From an archaeon (GTDB lineage: Archaea > Nanobdellota > Nanobdellia > Pacearchaeales > GW2011-AR1): 64,000 bases of DNA. Made by a program: the position numbers and the translations under genes. Within the stretch, counting starts at the first letter, position 1; the number at the start of each line of letters is the position of its first letter. Location of the stretch: assembly GCA_043810775.1 (NCBI GenBank), contig JBDRNU010000003.1, forward strand, positions 11,778-75,777, in the 5' to 3' direction. The notes beneath the pieces were generated by a model. It did no database searches. It was not told the origin of the DNA and was given only the letters and a program-made list of their open reading frames with translations. Shown piece by piece: positions 1-9,728 of this stretch.

Positions 1-1
1 T

Positions 2-718
2 ACAACTACTTGTGGTGATAGCTACTGCTTAGGAGATGAAACATGCACAAGTTGCTCGCAAGATTGTGGAATATGTACTGATCCTCCAATAATTAATATA
101 ATTTCTCCTGAAGCTAAAGATTATGATAGTGATAAAATTGATCTAAAAGTTACATCTGATCAAAATATACTAATCTGGATGTATTCTTTAAATGGCAAGA
201 GCTTTGTAACTTTTACTCCTGATATAATTATTACGGCTGAAGAAGGAGAAAATGATCTTACTGTTATAGGATTAAACAGTGTTTTCTTAACTGGGCAGAA
301 TTCAGTTAAGTTTACAGTAACTTTAAGTTATTGCGGCAATGGTATTTGCGATGTAGATAAGGGAGAATCATGTTCAAGTTGCTCGGTAGATTGCGGAGCT
401 TGCTCAAGTGGAGATACTGGAGGAAGTAGTAGTGGTGGAGGAAGTGGAAGTTCTGGAGGAGGCGGGGCAGGAGGAGGTATTTTGCCACCTGCTCAAAATT
501 TAGTTCAGCAAACTGGAGATGATGAAAGTAATGCAACAGAAGATTCGCAAGGAAACTTGCAAGAGCCAACTACTCAAGAAGCTAACCCAGGAATATTGGG
601 CGCTGTTCTTGGGCTTGGAGGAAGAATAGGAAATCCTGGATTAATAATTGCAGGATTTGTTATAGCTATTATAATTATTTCTTTAATTGTAGCCTATATA
701 AGGGAGAAGAGAAAATAA
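2..718 (+). CDS. Cys-rich cell-surface protein, N-terminus cut by window edge, C-terminal membrane anchor
   Basis: Frame of ORF 179..718 stays open back to nt 2 (TTTCGDSYCLGDETCTSCSQDCGIC...). Two CG-x-G/S-x-C...CxxCxxDCGxC modules, a Gly/Ser linker, and a C-terminal GAVLGLGGRIGN motif followed by a hydrophobic helix and REKRK. Confidence 0.6.
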   Translation, partial: TTTCGDSYCLGDETCTSCSQDCGICTDPPIINIISPEAKDYDSDKIDLKVTSDQNILIWMYSLNGKSFVTFTPDIIITAEEGENDLTVIGLNSVFLTGQNSVKFTVTLSYCGNGICDVDKGESCSSCSVDCGACSSGDTGGSSSGGGSGSSGGGGAGGGILPPAQNLVQQTGDDESNATEDSQGNLQEPTTQEANPGILGAVLGLGGRIGNPGLIIAGFVIAIIIISLIVAYIREKRK

Positions 719-719
719 A

Positions 720-1208
720 ATGGCAGACTTACAAAGTTATCGTGAAAGTTTATTAATAGCACTTGATAAACCAAGGAGTTCTTTAGGATTAACTATTGAT
801 GAAGTTGTTGAAGAACAAACTACAATTTTTGAACAGATGAGAGATTATGCTGAACAACATGATTTAACTGAAGATCCTTTATATGATAAGGCAAGAGAAG
901 CTTATGATGGAGAAGTAAAAAAAGATGAATTAGCTATTAAGGAATGGTTAGACAAATCAAAAAAAGAAAAAAGAAATAATACTAATAAATGGAAAGATTT
1001 TGCTCAGTATAGGAAAAAAGGGAGAAAAGGAACTGCTCCAGAAATGGAACTTGAAAATTATGAAGTTTGGAAGATTTTACATATGAGGCAGGATTCTGAG
1101 GGTAATTTACTTTCTTCTGATGGTAATCGTAGAGTAACATTGGCTCAAATAAGAGATGGTAGTTTTAGAAATCATTATGAATATCCTGGGGAGGATCAAA
1201 TAAGATGA
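720..1208 (+). CDS. hypothetical charged soluble protein, translationally coupled to downstream kinase
   Basis: 162-aa ORF starting 2 nt after the previous stop. Its stop overlaps the kinase start (ATGA at 1205). No TM segment and no family recognised. Confidence 0.5.
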   Translation: MADLQSYRESLLIALDKPRSSLGLTIDEVVEEQTTIFEQMRDYAEQHDLTEDPLYDKAREAYDGEVKKDELAIKEWLDKSKKEKRNNTNKWKDFAQYRKKGRKGTAPEMELENYEVWKILHMRQDSEGNLLSSDGNRRVTLAQIRDGSFRNHYEYPGEDQIR

Positions 1209-2014
1209 GTTCTGAATTAATTCAACATGCAAATGAAGTAATGGATTCAGGAGATAAAAGATATAATATTACTGAAATTATTGGAGAAGGGGGTTTTGCT
1301 TGGGTATTTAAAGCAAGAGATAGAAGAGAGGGAAAAGATGTTGCAGTAAAAATAGGTAAATCCTCTTATGATTCTGAATTAAATAAATTATTTGATAAAG
1401 AGGGGTTTTTGTTAGAAAATCCTCACCCAAATTTAGTTGAAGTATATGATATAATGAATTTAAGTGGATTTCCAGTGATGGTAATGGAATTAGCAGAAAG
1501 TAATCTTCAAGTTCATAATTTAAGAAGGGTTTTTGATTTAGAAGGTGTTTGTGAAGTGATGAATCCTATTTGTAGTGCTGCTGATTTTTTGCATTCACAA
1601 GGAAAAACTCACAGAGACTTAAAGCCAAGTAATATTCTTGTTTGTAAGGGGGTATATAAAATTGCTGATTTAGGCAGTGCAGGTGCTACAGGAACTACAA
1701 GTTCAGCGCATGGAACTGATAGTTACAGAGCTATTGAGAGTTTTTGGGCAGAGGGAAAAAATCCTGAATTCTTTAAGGAGTCAGACGTATACTCTCTAGG
1801 TGTAATAACTTATTTTTTATTAACTAAAAAAACTCCATTTTCTGTTAAGTTTAAAAGTGAAAAAAAAGATGAAAATTTTATGAGAGATATGTGTAAAAAG
1901 ATTGGTGCCGAAGAAAGATTAACTGAGACTATTGTTAGAGCCACACATCCTGATTACCATAAAAGATTTCATTCAGCAGGAGAATTATACTCAGCAATTA
2001 AATCTCTAACATAA
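1205..2014 (+). CDS. Hanks-type Ser/Thr protein kinase
   Basis: G-loop GEGGFAWVF, VAVKI lysine, catalytic loop HRDLKPSNIL, DLG (ADLGSA), and GTDSYRAIE as APE-like motif. Confidence 0.85.
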   Translation: MSSELIQHANEVMDSGDKRYNITEIIGEGGFAWVFKARDRREGKDVAVKIGKSSYDSELNKLFDKEGFLLENPHPNLVEVYDIMNLSGFPVMVMELAESNLQVHNLRRVFDLEGVCEVMNPICSAADFLHSQGKTHRDLKPSNILVCKGVYKIADLGSAGATGTTSSAHGTDSYRAIESFWAEGKNPEFFKESDVYSLGVITYFLLTKKTPFSVKFKSEKKDENFMRDMCKKIGAEERLTETIVRATHPDYHKRFHSAGELYSAIKSLT

Positions 2015-2107
2015 TAAATCTGTAATTTTTCATTAGTTCTTAGTAAGAAAAAAATTTATATTATTTTTTGCAACAATCTTTAAATAGTAAGGCGCTGTAA
2101 CTTTCTT

Positions 2108-5100
2108 ATGACTAACGGAAAAAAAATTGGTGTATTATTAATTACGCTACTAATTTTTGCAGGTATTTCTAGTTTAGTAGCTGCAGATGATGATATTTTT
2201 CCAAAAGAATTACCTATAGGCGCGTTCTGCGCTCCAAAAGATACAACTGCACCTGACTGCAATATTAATTATCTTGAGCAAAAAGATTCTCACAATGAAT
2301 ATGATTTTGATTCTAGCTCAATTTACCTCAGTGAAGATGGGAAATTCTATATTTACGGAGATGCAGAAGACAGCCAAAGCAGTGTAGTTAATGTGCAGTG
2401 GAATAGAACCAGCCCTGACCAGGATTATTATCATATTTTTGAAAATGCTGTTGCTGACGACGGCGCTTTTAATGAAAAAGAGGAAGAGTGGTACAGCCAG
2501 GACTGGGAATCTACATTTGAAGATGGCTGGCATTATATTTGCTGCAGGTCAGTAGATGCTGCAAATAATGTGGAAATTCCAGATGAAGATGACTGTGTAG
2601 CTTTCTGCATTGATAGAAATAATCCTGGAATTGTAGAAAATGTTATTCATTCAAATCCTTCAGATTGTGTAAGCAATTATGTAAATGAAGCTCCTGAATT
2701 TTCATGGGATGAAGCTGAAGATGAGGGATGCGCAGGAATTGATTATTATGAAGTAAGGGTTTATTTTTCAAATAGTACTCTCTATTATGGCTTGGAGACA
2801 CTAGATACTGAAATGAGTGTAGCAAATCCAGAAAATGGAGAAGATTATTATATTGAGGTAAGAGCTGTTGACAAAGCTGGAAATAAAGGATTATGGTCTG
2901 ATAAGTCAGAAGATGTTTATTATGATAATGAAAATCCTCAAGTTGAAATAACTGGAGAAGCCTGGGATGAATGGTATAATGATGATTTCTCTATATTTGA
3001 AGAAGATTCAGATAATCTTGCATTATGGAAATGCCAGATAGCAATAAGCGGAGATGGCTCTGAGCCTGATGAGTATATGGATGTTGAATGTAATTCTGAA
3101 TTTTCAGTTGATATTTCTGAATACTGTCCTGAAGATGGAGAAAATGTATGCTGGATTAGAAAAAAAGTAATAGATAATGCCTGCAATGAAAATAGTGAAG
3201 GGCATAAATGGGATTTGGACAGAACTCCCCCTACTACAATAAAAACAGTTTCAGATCCAAAATATCCTGGATTTGAGTGGATGGATTATTTAATTGACTG
3301 GTTCATTAAACCAGAAACTACAATAACCTTCAGCTGTGAGGATGGTGATGGAAGCGGGTGTGATAATACTTATTATAGAATTAATGGTGGAGAGTGGGAA
3401 GAATATGATGGCCCATTTAGTGTAGGAGAAGATGATGGAGTCTATGAACTTGAATATTATTCTGAAGATATGATAGGAAATGAAGAAGAACCTCAAGAGG
3501 AAATTGACAAGATAGATACAGAAGCTCCAGTAACTAGCAAAACTTATGAAGGACCTCAATATTCAGCTTATAGAATTATTCCAGAATTTGATTTAAATGT
3601 ATGGATGAGGTATATTTCAGGGGCAACTGAAATAGCATTAGAAGCTGAAGATTCTGAAGTTGGAGTAGATAAGACTTATGTTCAAATATTAGTTCCTGGC
3701 GGAGAGGACCATGAAGAGTGGTATGGGCAAGAAACAGAAACCTGGTTTGAAAATGAATTAGAATGTATTGAAGATAATTGTGATCAAGAATTTGAGTGCC
3801 AGGGAGAAGTTACATTAGAGTGTACTTACTTTGAGGATAATCTTGAATGCTCAGATGCAGGATGTGATTGGAATACTGAATATGATTGTTTAGGAAGCCC
3901 TGTAGGAGCTTGTGATGGAGATAATCAAAATGATTGTGAAGATACAGACGGATGTTCATGGGAAGATCCTATAACTGGCGGGTGTGAAGGAGTTATTGAC
4001 TGTTACGCAATTGGAGAGGATGAACTTGCTTGTAATCAGGCAGGATGCAACTGGTGTCCTGATACTAAATGTTATGGAAGCCCACAGCAAACTTGCGCTC
4101 AATTTGTAGATGAAACACTATGTGGAAATGTAGGATGTACCTGGACTGATCCTATAGATGGAGGATGTGCAGGAAGCCCTGTAGGAGCTTGTGATGGAGA
4201 TAATCAAAATGATTGTGAAGATACAGACGGATGTTCATGGGAATCAGTAGGAGGAGATTGTAGTGGAGAAGTAGATATAGAATGTGGAGATTATGGAGAA
4301 GAAGCTTGTGAAGATGTTCCTGATTGTGCATGGCTACCAAAGGAAGTTCAAGAGTGCCCTGAATGCATATCAACTTTATGGCAAGTAACAGATGAGTTTG
4401 AATACAACACCCCATTTACAGTAGATGAAACCTGCGATCATAAAGTATGCTACTATTCAACTGATTTATTAGGAAATGCTGAAGATGAAAAATGCCAGGT
4501 TTTCAGCGTCGATAATACTGCTCCTGAAATAATAATATTAAATCCAACTGAACAAGAAGCTGAAAATGTAGAAAAATGCATCCAGAGTGTAGTAGCTTTA
4601 GTGAGTGATGATAAGAGCGGAGTAAAGAGTGTATGGGCTGAATTATATGATGGTGATGATTTATTAAGAAATGTCAGCATGAAAAAAACAATATACGGAA
4701 CTTACGAAGCTCTGATGGACAAGCAACTGCCAGCTGGAGAGTATAATTTAATAGTGAAAGCCAAGGATAATGTTGATAATATTGGAGAGGAATTAATTAG
4801 TGAAATGCTTATAGAAACAATATTCGTAGAATATATTAGTCCTGCTCAATGCCAGATTGATCCTGAACAAGGAGGAAACTGCGACTTTACATTCCATATA
4901 TGCATGAGGGGAGATAATTCAATGCAAATGTGGATGAACAAGCTTGGAGGAGTAGTTACTCCAGATATGATGAATGCAATGATTTCATCAAATGGAGATG
5001 AAACTTTTGTAGGATTAAAGCATGATGATTTTGAGAGTGATGCAGGTGTACTAATGCTAGGAAATGAGTGCGAAGAGATTAATGGAAGAACCACTTTTGA

Positions 5101-5200
5101 TTTAAGCCTTGACCTAGATGAAGATACTGCAGGAATGTTAGGAGCTGGAGCTCATGAACTAGAGTACTGGCTTAAATCTTCAATGACTTGTGAAGATTAA
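2108..5200 (+). CDS. large secreted acidic Cys-rich surface protein with Ig-like/OmpL47-type (YYSxDxxGNxE) modules
   Basis: 1030-aa ORF with an N-terminal signal-like helix (GVLLITLLIFAGISSLVAA). Recurrent VD-x-AGN / YYS-x-D-x-x-GN-x-E motifs, a block of about six C...GC-x-W repeats, and no C-terminal TM. Confidence 0.7.
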   Translation: MTNGKKIGVLLITLLIFAGISSLVAADDDIFPKELPIGAFCAPKDTTAPDCNINYLEQKDSHNEYDFDSSSIYLSEDGKFYIYGDAEDSQSSVVNVQWNRTSPDQDYYHIFENAVADDGAFNEKEEEWYSQDWESTFEDGWHYICCRSVDAANNVEIPDEDDCVAFCIDRNNPGIVENVIHSNPSDCVSNYVNEAPEFSWDEAEDEGCAGIDYYEVRVYFSNSTLYYGLETLDTEMSVANPENGEDYYIEVRAVDKAGNKGLWSDKSEDVYYDNENPQVEITGEAWDEWYNDDFSIFEEDSDNLALWKCQIAISGDGSEPDEYMDVECNSEFSVDISEYCPEDGENVCWIRKKVIDNACNENSEGHKWDLDRTPPTTIKTVSDPKYPGFEWMDYLIDWFIKPETTITFSCEDGDGSGCDNTYYRINGGEWEEYDGPFSVGEDDGVYELEYYSEDMIGNEEEPQEEIDKIDTEAPVTSKTYEGPQYSAYRIIPEFDLNVWMRYISGATEIALEAEDSEVGVDKTYVQILVPGGEDHEEWYGQETETWFENELECIEDNCDQEFECQGEVTLECTYFEDNLECSDAGCDWNTEYDCLGSPVGACDGDNQNDCEDTDGCSWEDPITGGCEGVIDCYAIGEDELACNQAGCNWCPDTKCYGSPQQTCAQFVDETLCGNVGCTWTDPIDGGCAGSPVGACDGDNQNDCEDTDGCSWESVGGDCSGEVDIECGDYGEEACEDVPDCAWLPKEVQECPECISTLWQVTDEFEYNTPFTVDETCDHKVCYYSTDLLGNAEDEKCQVFSVDNTAPEIIILNPTEQEAENVEKCIQSVVALVSDDKSGVKSVWAELYDGDDLLRNVSMKKTIYGTYEALMDKQLPAGEYNLIVKAKDNVDNIGEELISEMLIETIFVEYISPAQCQIDPEQGGNCDFTFHICMRGDNSMQMWMNKLGGVVTPDMMNAMISSNGDETFVGLKHDDFESDAGVLMLGNECEEINGRTTFDLSLDLDEDTAGMLGAGAHELEYWLKSSMTCED
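3892..4243. repeat. 73-nt perfect direct repeat inside the 2108..5200 CDS (3892..3964 = 4171..4243)
   Basis: aggaagccctgtaggagcttgtgatggagataatcaaaatgattgtgaagatacagacggatgttcatgggaa was read at both positions. Offset is 279 nt (93 codons). It encodes GSPVGACDGDNQNDCEDTDGCSWE twice. Confidence 0.9.
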
Positions 5201-5232
5201 ATCTATTAATTTATCTAGAGAAAATTTCAAAC

Positions 5233-5889
5233 ATGACAAAAAAGAGTTTTTTATTAATATTAGCATTTTTACTAGCTAGCACTTTTGTTCTTGGAGCAGA
5301 TTATCATGGAAGCTTGAATGTTGATGTAGGTGATGGGACAATTATTATTGGACCTCCTCAAGGCGAGACATGCACTGAAGACTGGAGCTGTTCATATTGG
5401 AACAGCTGTACAAATAATCTTCAGAGTTTCATATGTGTAGACTGTAATGCGTGCGGAACTTATGATTTAAGGCCAGCTACTTGCGGAAATACTACAAGCT
5501 GTGATGCTGGCGGAACAACAGTAATTGGTGGAGGGGGTGGTGGAGGAAGTGGAGATGATGATGACAATGATGATGGGATATTATTAAGCAGTAAGGCCTG
5601 CACTGAATTATGGAGCTGTGGAGACTGGTCAACATGTCAAGATGGTAAGGAAGTTAGAACCTGCTCTGATAAAAACAAGTGCGGAACTACTAGCTTAAAG
5701 CCAGTTAGTGAAAGAGAGTGCGAAGGACTTTTGACAGGAAATACAGAAGACCAAAGCGGAGGAAGCTTATTGGGCGCTGTTCTTGGGCTTGGAGGAAGAA
5801 TAGGGAATATTGGATTATCCTTATTATTTATAGTAGTTATACTGGCTGCACTAATAGTTTTAGTTCTACTTAGAAAAAAAACAGGGTGA
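5233..5889 (+). CDS. secreted Cys-rich protein with TSP1-like W-x-C-x-x-WS-x-C modules and C-terminal anchor
   Basis: Signal-like N-terminus. Contains CTEDWSCSYWNSC...CGT and CTELWSCGDWSTCQDGKEVRTCSDKNKCGT, a poly-Gly/Asp linker, and C-terminal LLGAVLGLGGRIGN + TM + RKKTG. Confidence 0.65.
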   Translation: MTKKSFLLILAFLLASTFVLGADYHGSLNVDVGDGTIIIGPPQGETCTEDWSCSYWNSCTNNLQSFICVDCNACGTYDLRPATCGNTTSCDAGGTTVIGGGGGGGSGDDDDNDDGILLSSKACTELWSCGDWSTCQDGKEVRTCSDKNKCGTTSLKPVSERECEGLLTGNTEDQSGGSLLGAVLGLGGRIGNIGLSLLFIVVILAALIVLVLLRKKTG

Positions 5890-5890
5890 A

Positions 5891-6295
5891 ATGATATCTT
5901 GGCTTGAAAGGAATAAGAGCATATCTTGGGCTATTACTTTAATAATAGCTATAATTATTTTTTATGTTTCTTCTTTAAGCTTTAAAGCAGGTGAAGGTGG
6001 AAGCAACTTAAATGCTATTCTTTATCATTTAGTTATATTCTTTATACTGGGTTTTTTCTTGCTAATCTCCTTGCTAGGAGGCAAGAAAAAATATCTTATA
6101 CTCTGCTTGGGAATTTTGGCGGCAGTATTCTATGCCTTGCTTGATGAAATTCACCAATTTTTTGTGCCTGGAAGATACAGCAGCATTAGCGATGTTCTCG
6201 TCGACAGTTTAGGAATAATATACGCTGCAATGATATATTTCATAATTATAAAATATAGGGAAAATAAGAATGTCTTTCCTTATTTTAAAGAATAA
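5891..6295 (+). CDS. VanZ-like membrane protein
   Basis: Four hydrophobic helices. The DEIHQFFVPGR...SDVLVDSLG pattern is typical of the VanZ family. Confidence 0.6.
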   Translation: MISWLERNKSISWAITLIIAIIIFYVSSLSFKAGEGGSNLNAILYHLVIFFILGFFLLISLLGGKKKYLILCLGILAAVFYALLDEIHQFFVPGRYSSISDVLVDSLGIIYAAMIYFIIIKYRENKNVFPYFKE

Positions 6296-6302
6296 TTCTT
6301 CA

Positions 6303-6566
6303 CTAATAAAATCTTCCTTTAGTTAAGGATTTTGACCTCTTCCAATTAATCCATGAAGCAATTAGAGCCAATATTCCAATTAAAGATAATACTAATGCAT
6401 TGAAAGAAGAGTATATTATCGCCAGGATAACTCCAAGAACTATAAGAATTATTCCGATGATTAGAGAGCTAATAGCTCTAAATTTTAATCCTAACCCACC
6501 TACTTTATAAGCTGTTGATAAAGCTTTATCTCCAATGTTTTTTTTATCTTTTTCTTGAATTGACAT
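6303..6566 (-). CDS. small membrane protein (2 TM)
   Basis: 87-aa ORF with two long hydrophobic stretches. No family recognised. Confidence 0.4.
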   Translation of the reverse strand: MSIQEKDKKNIGDKALSTAYKVGGLGLKFRAISSLIIGIILIVLGVILAIIYSSFNALVLSLIGILALIASWINWKRSKSLTKGRFY

Positions 6567-6795
6567 TTTTCAGATCTAAATTTTTTTGATGAATATATTG
6601 CCAATAACTTAACAAAATAAGTAATAAGGCAACAATAGTTACAATGATTTTTACTGTTAAAGTCATCCCGACATTTTCACCTTGATTATTTGATAGTTGG
6701 CCATAACCTAACCACATACTTATAAGTACTAAAACAATTAAAATAAATCCAATAATCATCAACCACTTAACAAAAGTTTTTTGATTTTCAGCCAT
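6544..6795 (-). CDS. small membrane protein (2 TM)
   Basis: 83-aa ORF with two hydrophobic helices. Sits upstream of, and overlaps by 23 nt, the similar 6303..6566 gene. Confidence 0.4.
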   Translation of the reverse strand: MAENQKTFVKWLMIIGFILIVLVLISMWLGYGQLSNNQGENVGMTLTVKIIVTIVALLLILLSYWQYIHQKNLDLKNVNSRKR

Positions 6796-6895
6796 CTTTT
6801 CTTAATTTATTAATATTCTATGATTTAAAAACTTACTTCTTAGCCTTATTTTAAAGAATAAAAAGCTTTTTTAAGTACAGAATAGAGAATTAAGT

Positions 6896-9046
6896 ATGAA
6901 GAATAGAGGATTAATATTATTTTTAGGATTAATATTATTGCTAGTTACGTGCGTAAATTCAGAAACTAGCATTTATATGAATGGAGAATTTATAAGAGAC
7001 CTTCCTGTAAGTGCCTTTTTGCAAGATTCAGCAGGAATACTAAATGCTACATCAACCTGGGCTGTACAAATAGGGGGAATAAATATTACAGGAGCTAATG
7101 AGACTATCTGTGTTCTAGATTCTGGAGTTGATTTTACACATCCAGACCTAGTTGGAAAAAACTATACATGCAATATTAATTGTATGACTCAAGGCTGTAT
7201 AGAAAACTGCTCAATACTAGATGATAATGGGCATGGGACTCATGTAGCTGGAATCTTAGCTGGAAATGGCACTATACTTAAGGGAATTGCGCCTGACGCA
7301 ATGCTAATCAGCCTGAAGGTTTTAGACAGTGCTGGAAATGGCTATTTATCTAATGTAACTTCAGCTATAAGCTGGTGCATAGAAAATGCCCCTATATATA
7401 ATATAAGCGCAATAAGCATAAGCCTGGGAACTGAACCACCTTATCTTTACAGAAGCTACTGCGATAACATTGATACAGAGACAACTGCTGCAATAAATAA
7501 TGCAACTGCCCATAACATATCTATAATAGCAGCTACAGGAAATGACGGCAATACAACAGCTATAGCCCTGCCAGCCTGCATTCAGAACGTAACTGCAGTG
7601 GGAAATTCTGATAAATCCGACGGTGCAGCAAGTGATTCAAATTATAATAATATAACTGACTTATTTGCAACTGGAGTCAGCATTAATTCTACAAAATCAG
7701 GAGGAGGATATCAGATAAGAAGCGGGACTTCAATGGCAGCTCCGCACGTTACTGCTGCATTCATATTAATAAAACAGTTTTATAGGCTGCAGAGAAATGC
7801 ATTAGCTTCACCACAAGATATTGAGAGTGCACTGAAAAATAATGGGGTAATAGTTACATACGGAGGATTAAACTTTAGCAGAATAGACATATATACTACA
7901 ATATTATCTTTAGATTTGCCTTTAGTAATTCTATCTTCACCAAAAAATAATACTTATTTGAACATTCAGACTAATTTTACCTGCAATGCTACAACTGCCT
8001 CAAATAGAACTGAATTTTTGAATGTAACTTTTTATTTATGGAATTCTACTTCTGATTTAATAAATGAAGAATCAAATGGAATTAATGGCACAAGCAATTA
8101 TAGCCAGTTTAATTTTACACTAGGTGAAGATTCCTATAACTGGAACTGTATATTTTATGACAATGAAACATATTCCAGCATGGCTAGCTCAAATTACAGC
8201 ATCACTTATGATAATACTGCCCCGGCAATTAATTTAAGCATTCCACCAAATTCTTCAAGCTACTCGTCGAACAGCGTGCAATTTTACTTTAATTTATCAG
8301 AAACTAATCCTGGCAATTGCACTTTGATAGTTAATAATCAGACTAATGCAACTAACTATATGGTTTCAGGAATTTACAATAATATTAACTCAACTTTGCA
8401 AAATGGGATTTATAACTGGAGTGTAAACTGCACTGATAAAGCTGGAAATTCTAATTTAAGTGATACCTGGCAGTTAACAGTTAACTATCAGGCGCCGAGT
8501 AGTGGAGATGATGACTCTAGTGGCGGAGGAAGTAGTGGTGGAGGTGGGGGCGGAGGAACTGATGTAGTTTATACAGTTACAGAAGAACAGCTAGCTTCAG
8601 GAGCTACGAGAAGTCTTTACAAAAGTAATAAAATTAAATTTGTTGTTTTAAACCAGACACACTATCTAACTTTAGAAAACTTGAATGAGAATACTAGTGA
8701 AATCAGGGTTGAGAGCAATATATATAATTTTAATCTTATAACTGGTGAAAGCAAGAAGCTCTCATTTGAAGATAATTACTATAATATAATAGTCAGGCTA
8801 AATTCAATTGAAAAAAGCCAGGCTAGCTTAACTTTAACTAAGATAAGTGAGATTATATTAAAGCCAGAAAAAGTAAGTGCATTTAATAATAGCGAGGAAG
8901 AACCAGGGGATATTGGAGATTCTGGAAAAGATACAATTACTAATAAAATACCTTATATTTTAATTATTTCTGCAGTAATTATTATTGCTGTAATTATAAT
9001 TATTATCAAGAAAACTAGAAATAGAAAACCTAAAAAATATTTATGA
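6896..9046 (+). CDS. subtilisin-like serine protease (peptidase S8), membrane-anchored and sequon-rich
   Basis: Catalytic triad motifs VLDSGVD (Asp), HGTHVAG (His) and GTSMAAPHV (Ser). Signal peptide, Ig-like repeats, poly-Gly linker, conserved stalk domain, and C-terminal TM + KKTRNRKPKK. Confidence 0.85.
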   Translation: MKNRGLILFLGLILLLVTCVNSETSIYMNGEFIRDLPVSAFLQDSAGILNATSTWAVQIGGINITGANETICVLDSGVDFTHPDLVGKNYTCNINCMTQGCIENCSILDDNGHGTHVAGILAGNGTILKGIAPDAMLISLKVLDSAGNGYLSNVTSAISWCIENAPIYNISAISISLGTEPPYLYRSYCDNIDTETTAAINNATAHNISIIAATGNDGNTTAIALPACIQNVTAVGNSDKSDGAASDSNYNNITDLFATGVSINSTKSGGGYQIRSGTSMAAPHVTAAFILIKQFYRLQRNALASPQDIESALKNNGVIVTYGGLNFSRIDIYTTILSLDLPLVILSSPKNNTYLNIQTNFTCNATTASNRTEFLNVTFYLWNSTSDLINEESNGINGTSNYSQFNFTLGEDSYNWNCIFYDNETYSSMASSNYSITYDNTAPAINLSIPPNSSSYSSNSVQFYFNLSETNPGNCTLIVNNQTNATNYMVSGIYNNINSTLQNGIYNWSVNCTDKAGNSNLSDTWQLTVNYQAPSSGDDDSSGGGSSGGGGGGGTDVVYTVTEEQLASGATRSLYKSNKIKFVVLNQTHYLTLENLNENTSEIRVESNIYNFNLITGESKKLSFEDNYYNIIVRLNSIEKSQASLTLTKISEIILKPEKVSAFNNSEEEPGDIGDSGKDTITNKIPYILIISAVIIIAVIIIIIKKTRNRKPKKYL

Positions 9047-9607
9047 TATGCATTGACAGGTTCCTTCTGAACATCCTGCTATTTCTCCTTCATCACAATC
9101 TAGATAGCTGCATTGAGAGTGAGAGGTGCATCCTGCTGACCCTCCGCCTGAAGCAATACAAGTGCACTGCCCTTGGTCACAGCCGGGTATTTCACCACTA
9201 TTACAGTTAAAATCACTGCAGTCAGCGTGAGTTTGGCAGGCTCCTGAAGATGAACTTGAAGAGCTGATTGAATCGCCAGAAAGTTTTTCATCCCACTGAC
9301 ACTTACTAGCTACACATGAACAGACAGCATTATATTTCTCGTCGTCAAAACACTCTTTAGCTTGACATACTGTATTCCTTAACTCTTCAGATGAACTTTG
9401 GCATACTTCAGCATTACATCCTCCGCGAATACAGTCAGAGTCAGAAGTGCAAGAACCTTTAGTTGAAATTCCACAAAAATCTGAAAAATCTGCAGTTCCA
9501 AATTCTTTATCTTTGTAAACTAAGACTATTCCAAGCAGTATAAGAAATATAACTAGTAATATAATAAGGGCATAAATTATTTTCATATTGTCTAGTTTTT
9601 TTATCAT
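9041..9607 (-). CDS. N-terminally anchored Cys-rich protein
   Basis: N-terminal TM (IIYALIILLVIFLILLGIVLV). Cys cluster CGISTKGSCTSDSDCIRGGCNAEVCQ, then two C-x-x-H-x-x-CS-x-x-x-C-x-x-GEI-x-GC-x-x-G-x-C-x-CI modules. Confidence 0.55.
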   Translation of the reverse strand: MIKKLDNMKIIYALIILLVIFLILLGIVLVYKDKEFGTADFSDFCGISTKGSCTSDSDCIRGGCNAEVCQSSSEELRNTVCQAKECFDDEKYNAVCSCVASKCQWDEKLSGDSISSSSSSSGACQTHADCSDFNCNSGEIPGCDQGQCTCIASGGGSAGCTSHSQCSYLDCDEGEIAGCSEGTCQCIS

Positions 9608-9728
9608 TATAATTTATCATCTTAGTATTTTTAAATTTATCTTTTATGGAAATTCTTAGTGAATTAATTATCTAGTAAATAATAGAAATATTTATAAAGG
9701 CTAAAAATATTATTAGTTTAGAAAAAAG

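Noticed and set aside
312-569. Antisense or alternative-frame ORFs in the track that lie inside longer ORFs. Examples: 312..569, 2080..2262, 2318..2533, 9100..9291, 10079..10342, 11081..11362, 17241..17570, 18218..18598, 22622..22997, 25264..25639, 29323..29664, 33640..33990, 47289..47621, 48069..48641, 58950..59486.
   Set aside because: Each is fully embedded in a longer ORF that has recognisable motifs or signal/TM architecture. Their translations are low-complexity Leu/Ser/Phe/Ile-rich strings typical of shadow frames in AT-rich DNA. None has its own promoter or SD context.
3892-4243. Template/variable repeat pair of a diversity-generating retroelement.
   Set aside because: The two 73-nt copies are identical, with no adenine-specific mismatches. 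No reverse transcriptase or accessory gene is present in the window.
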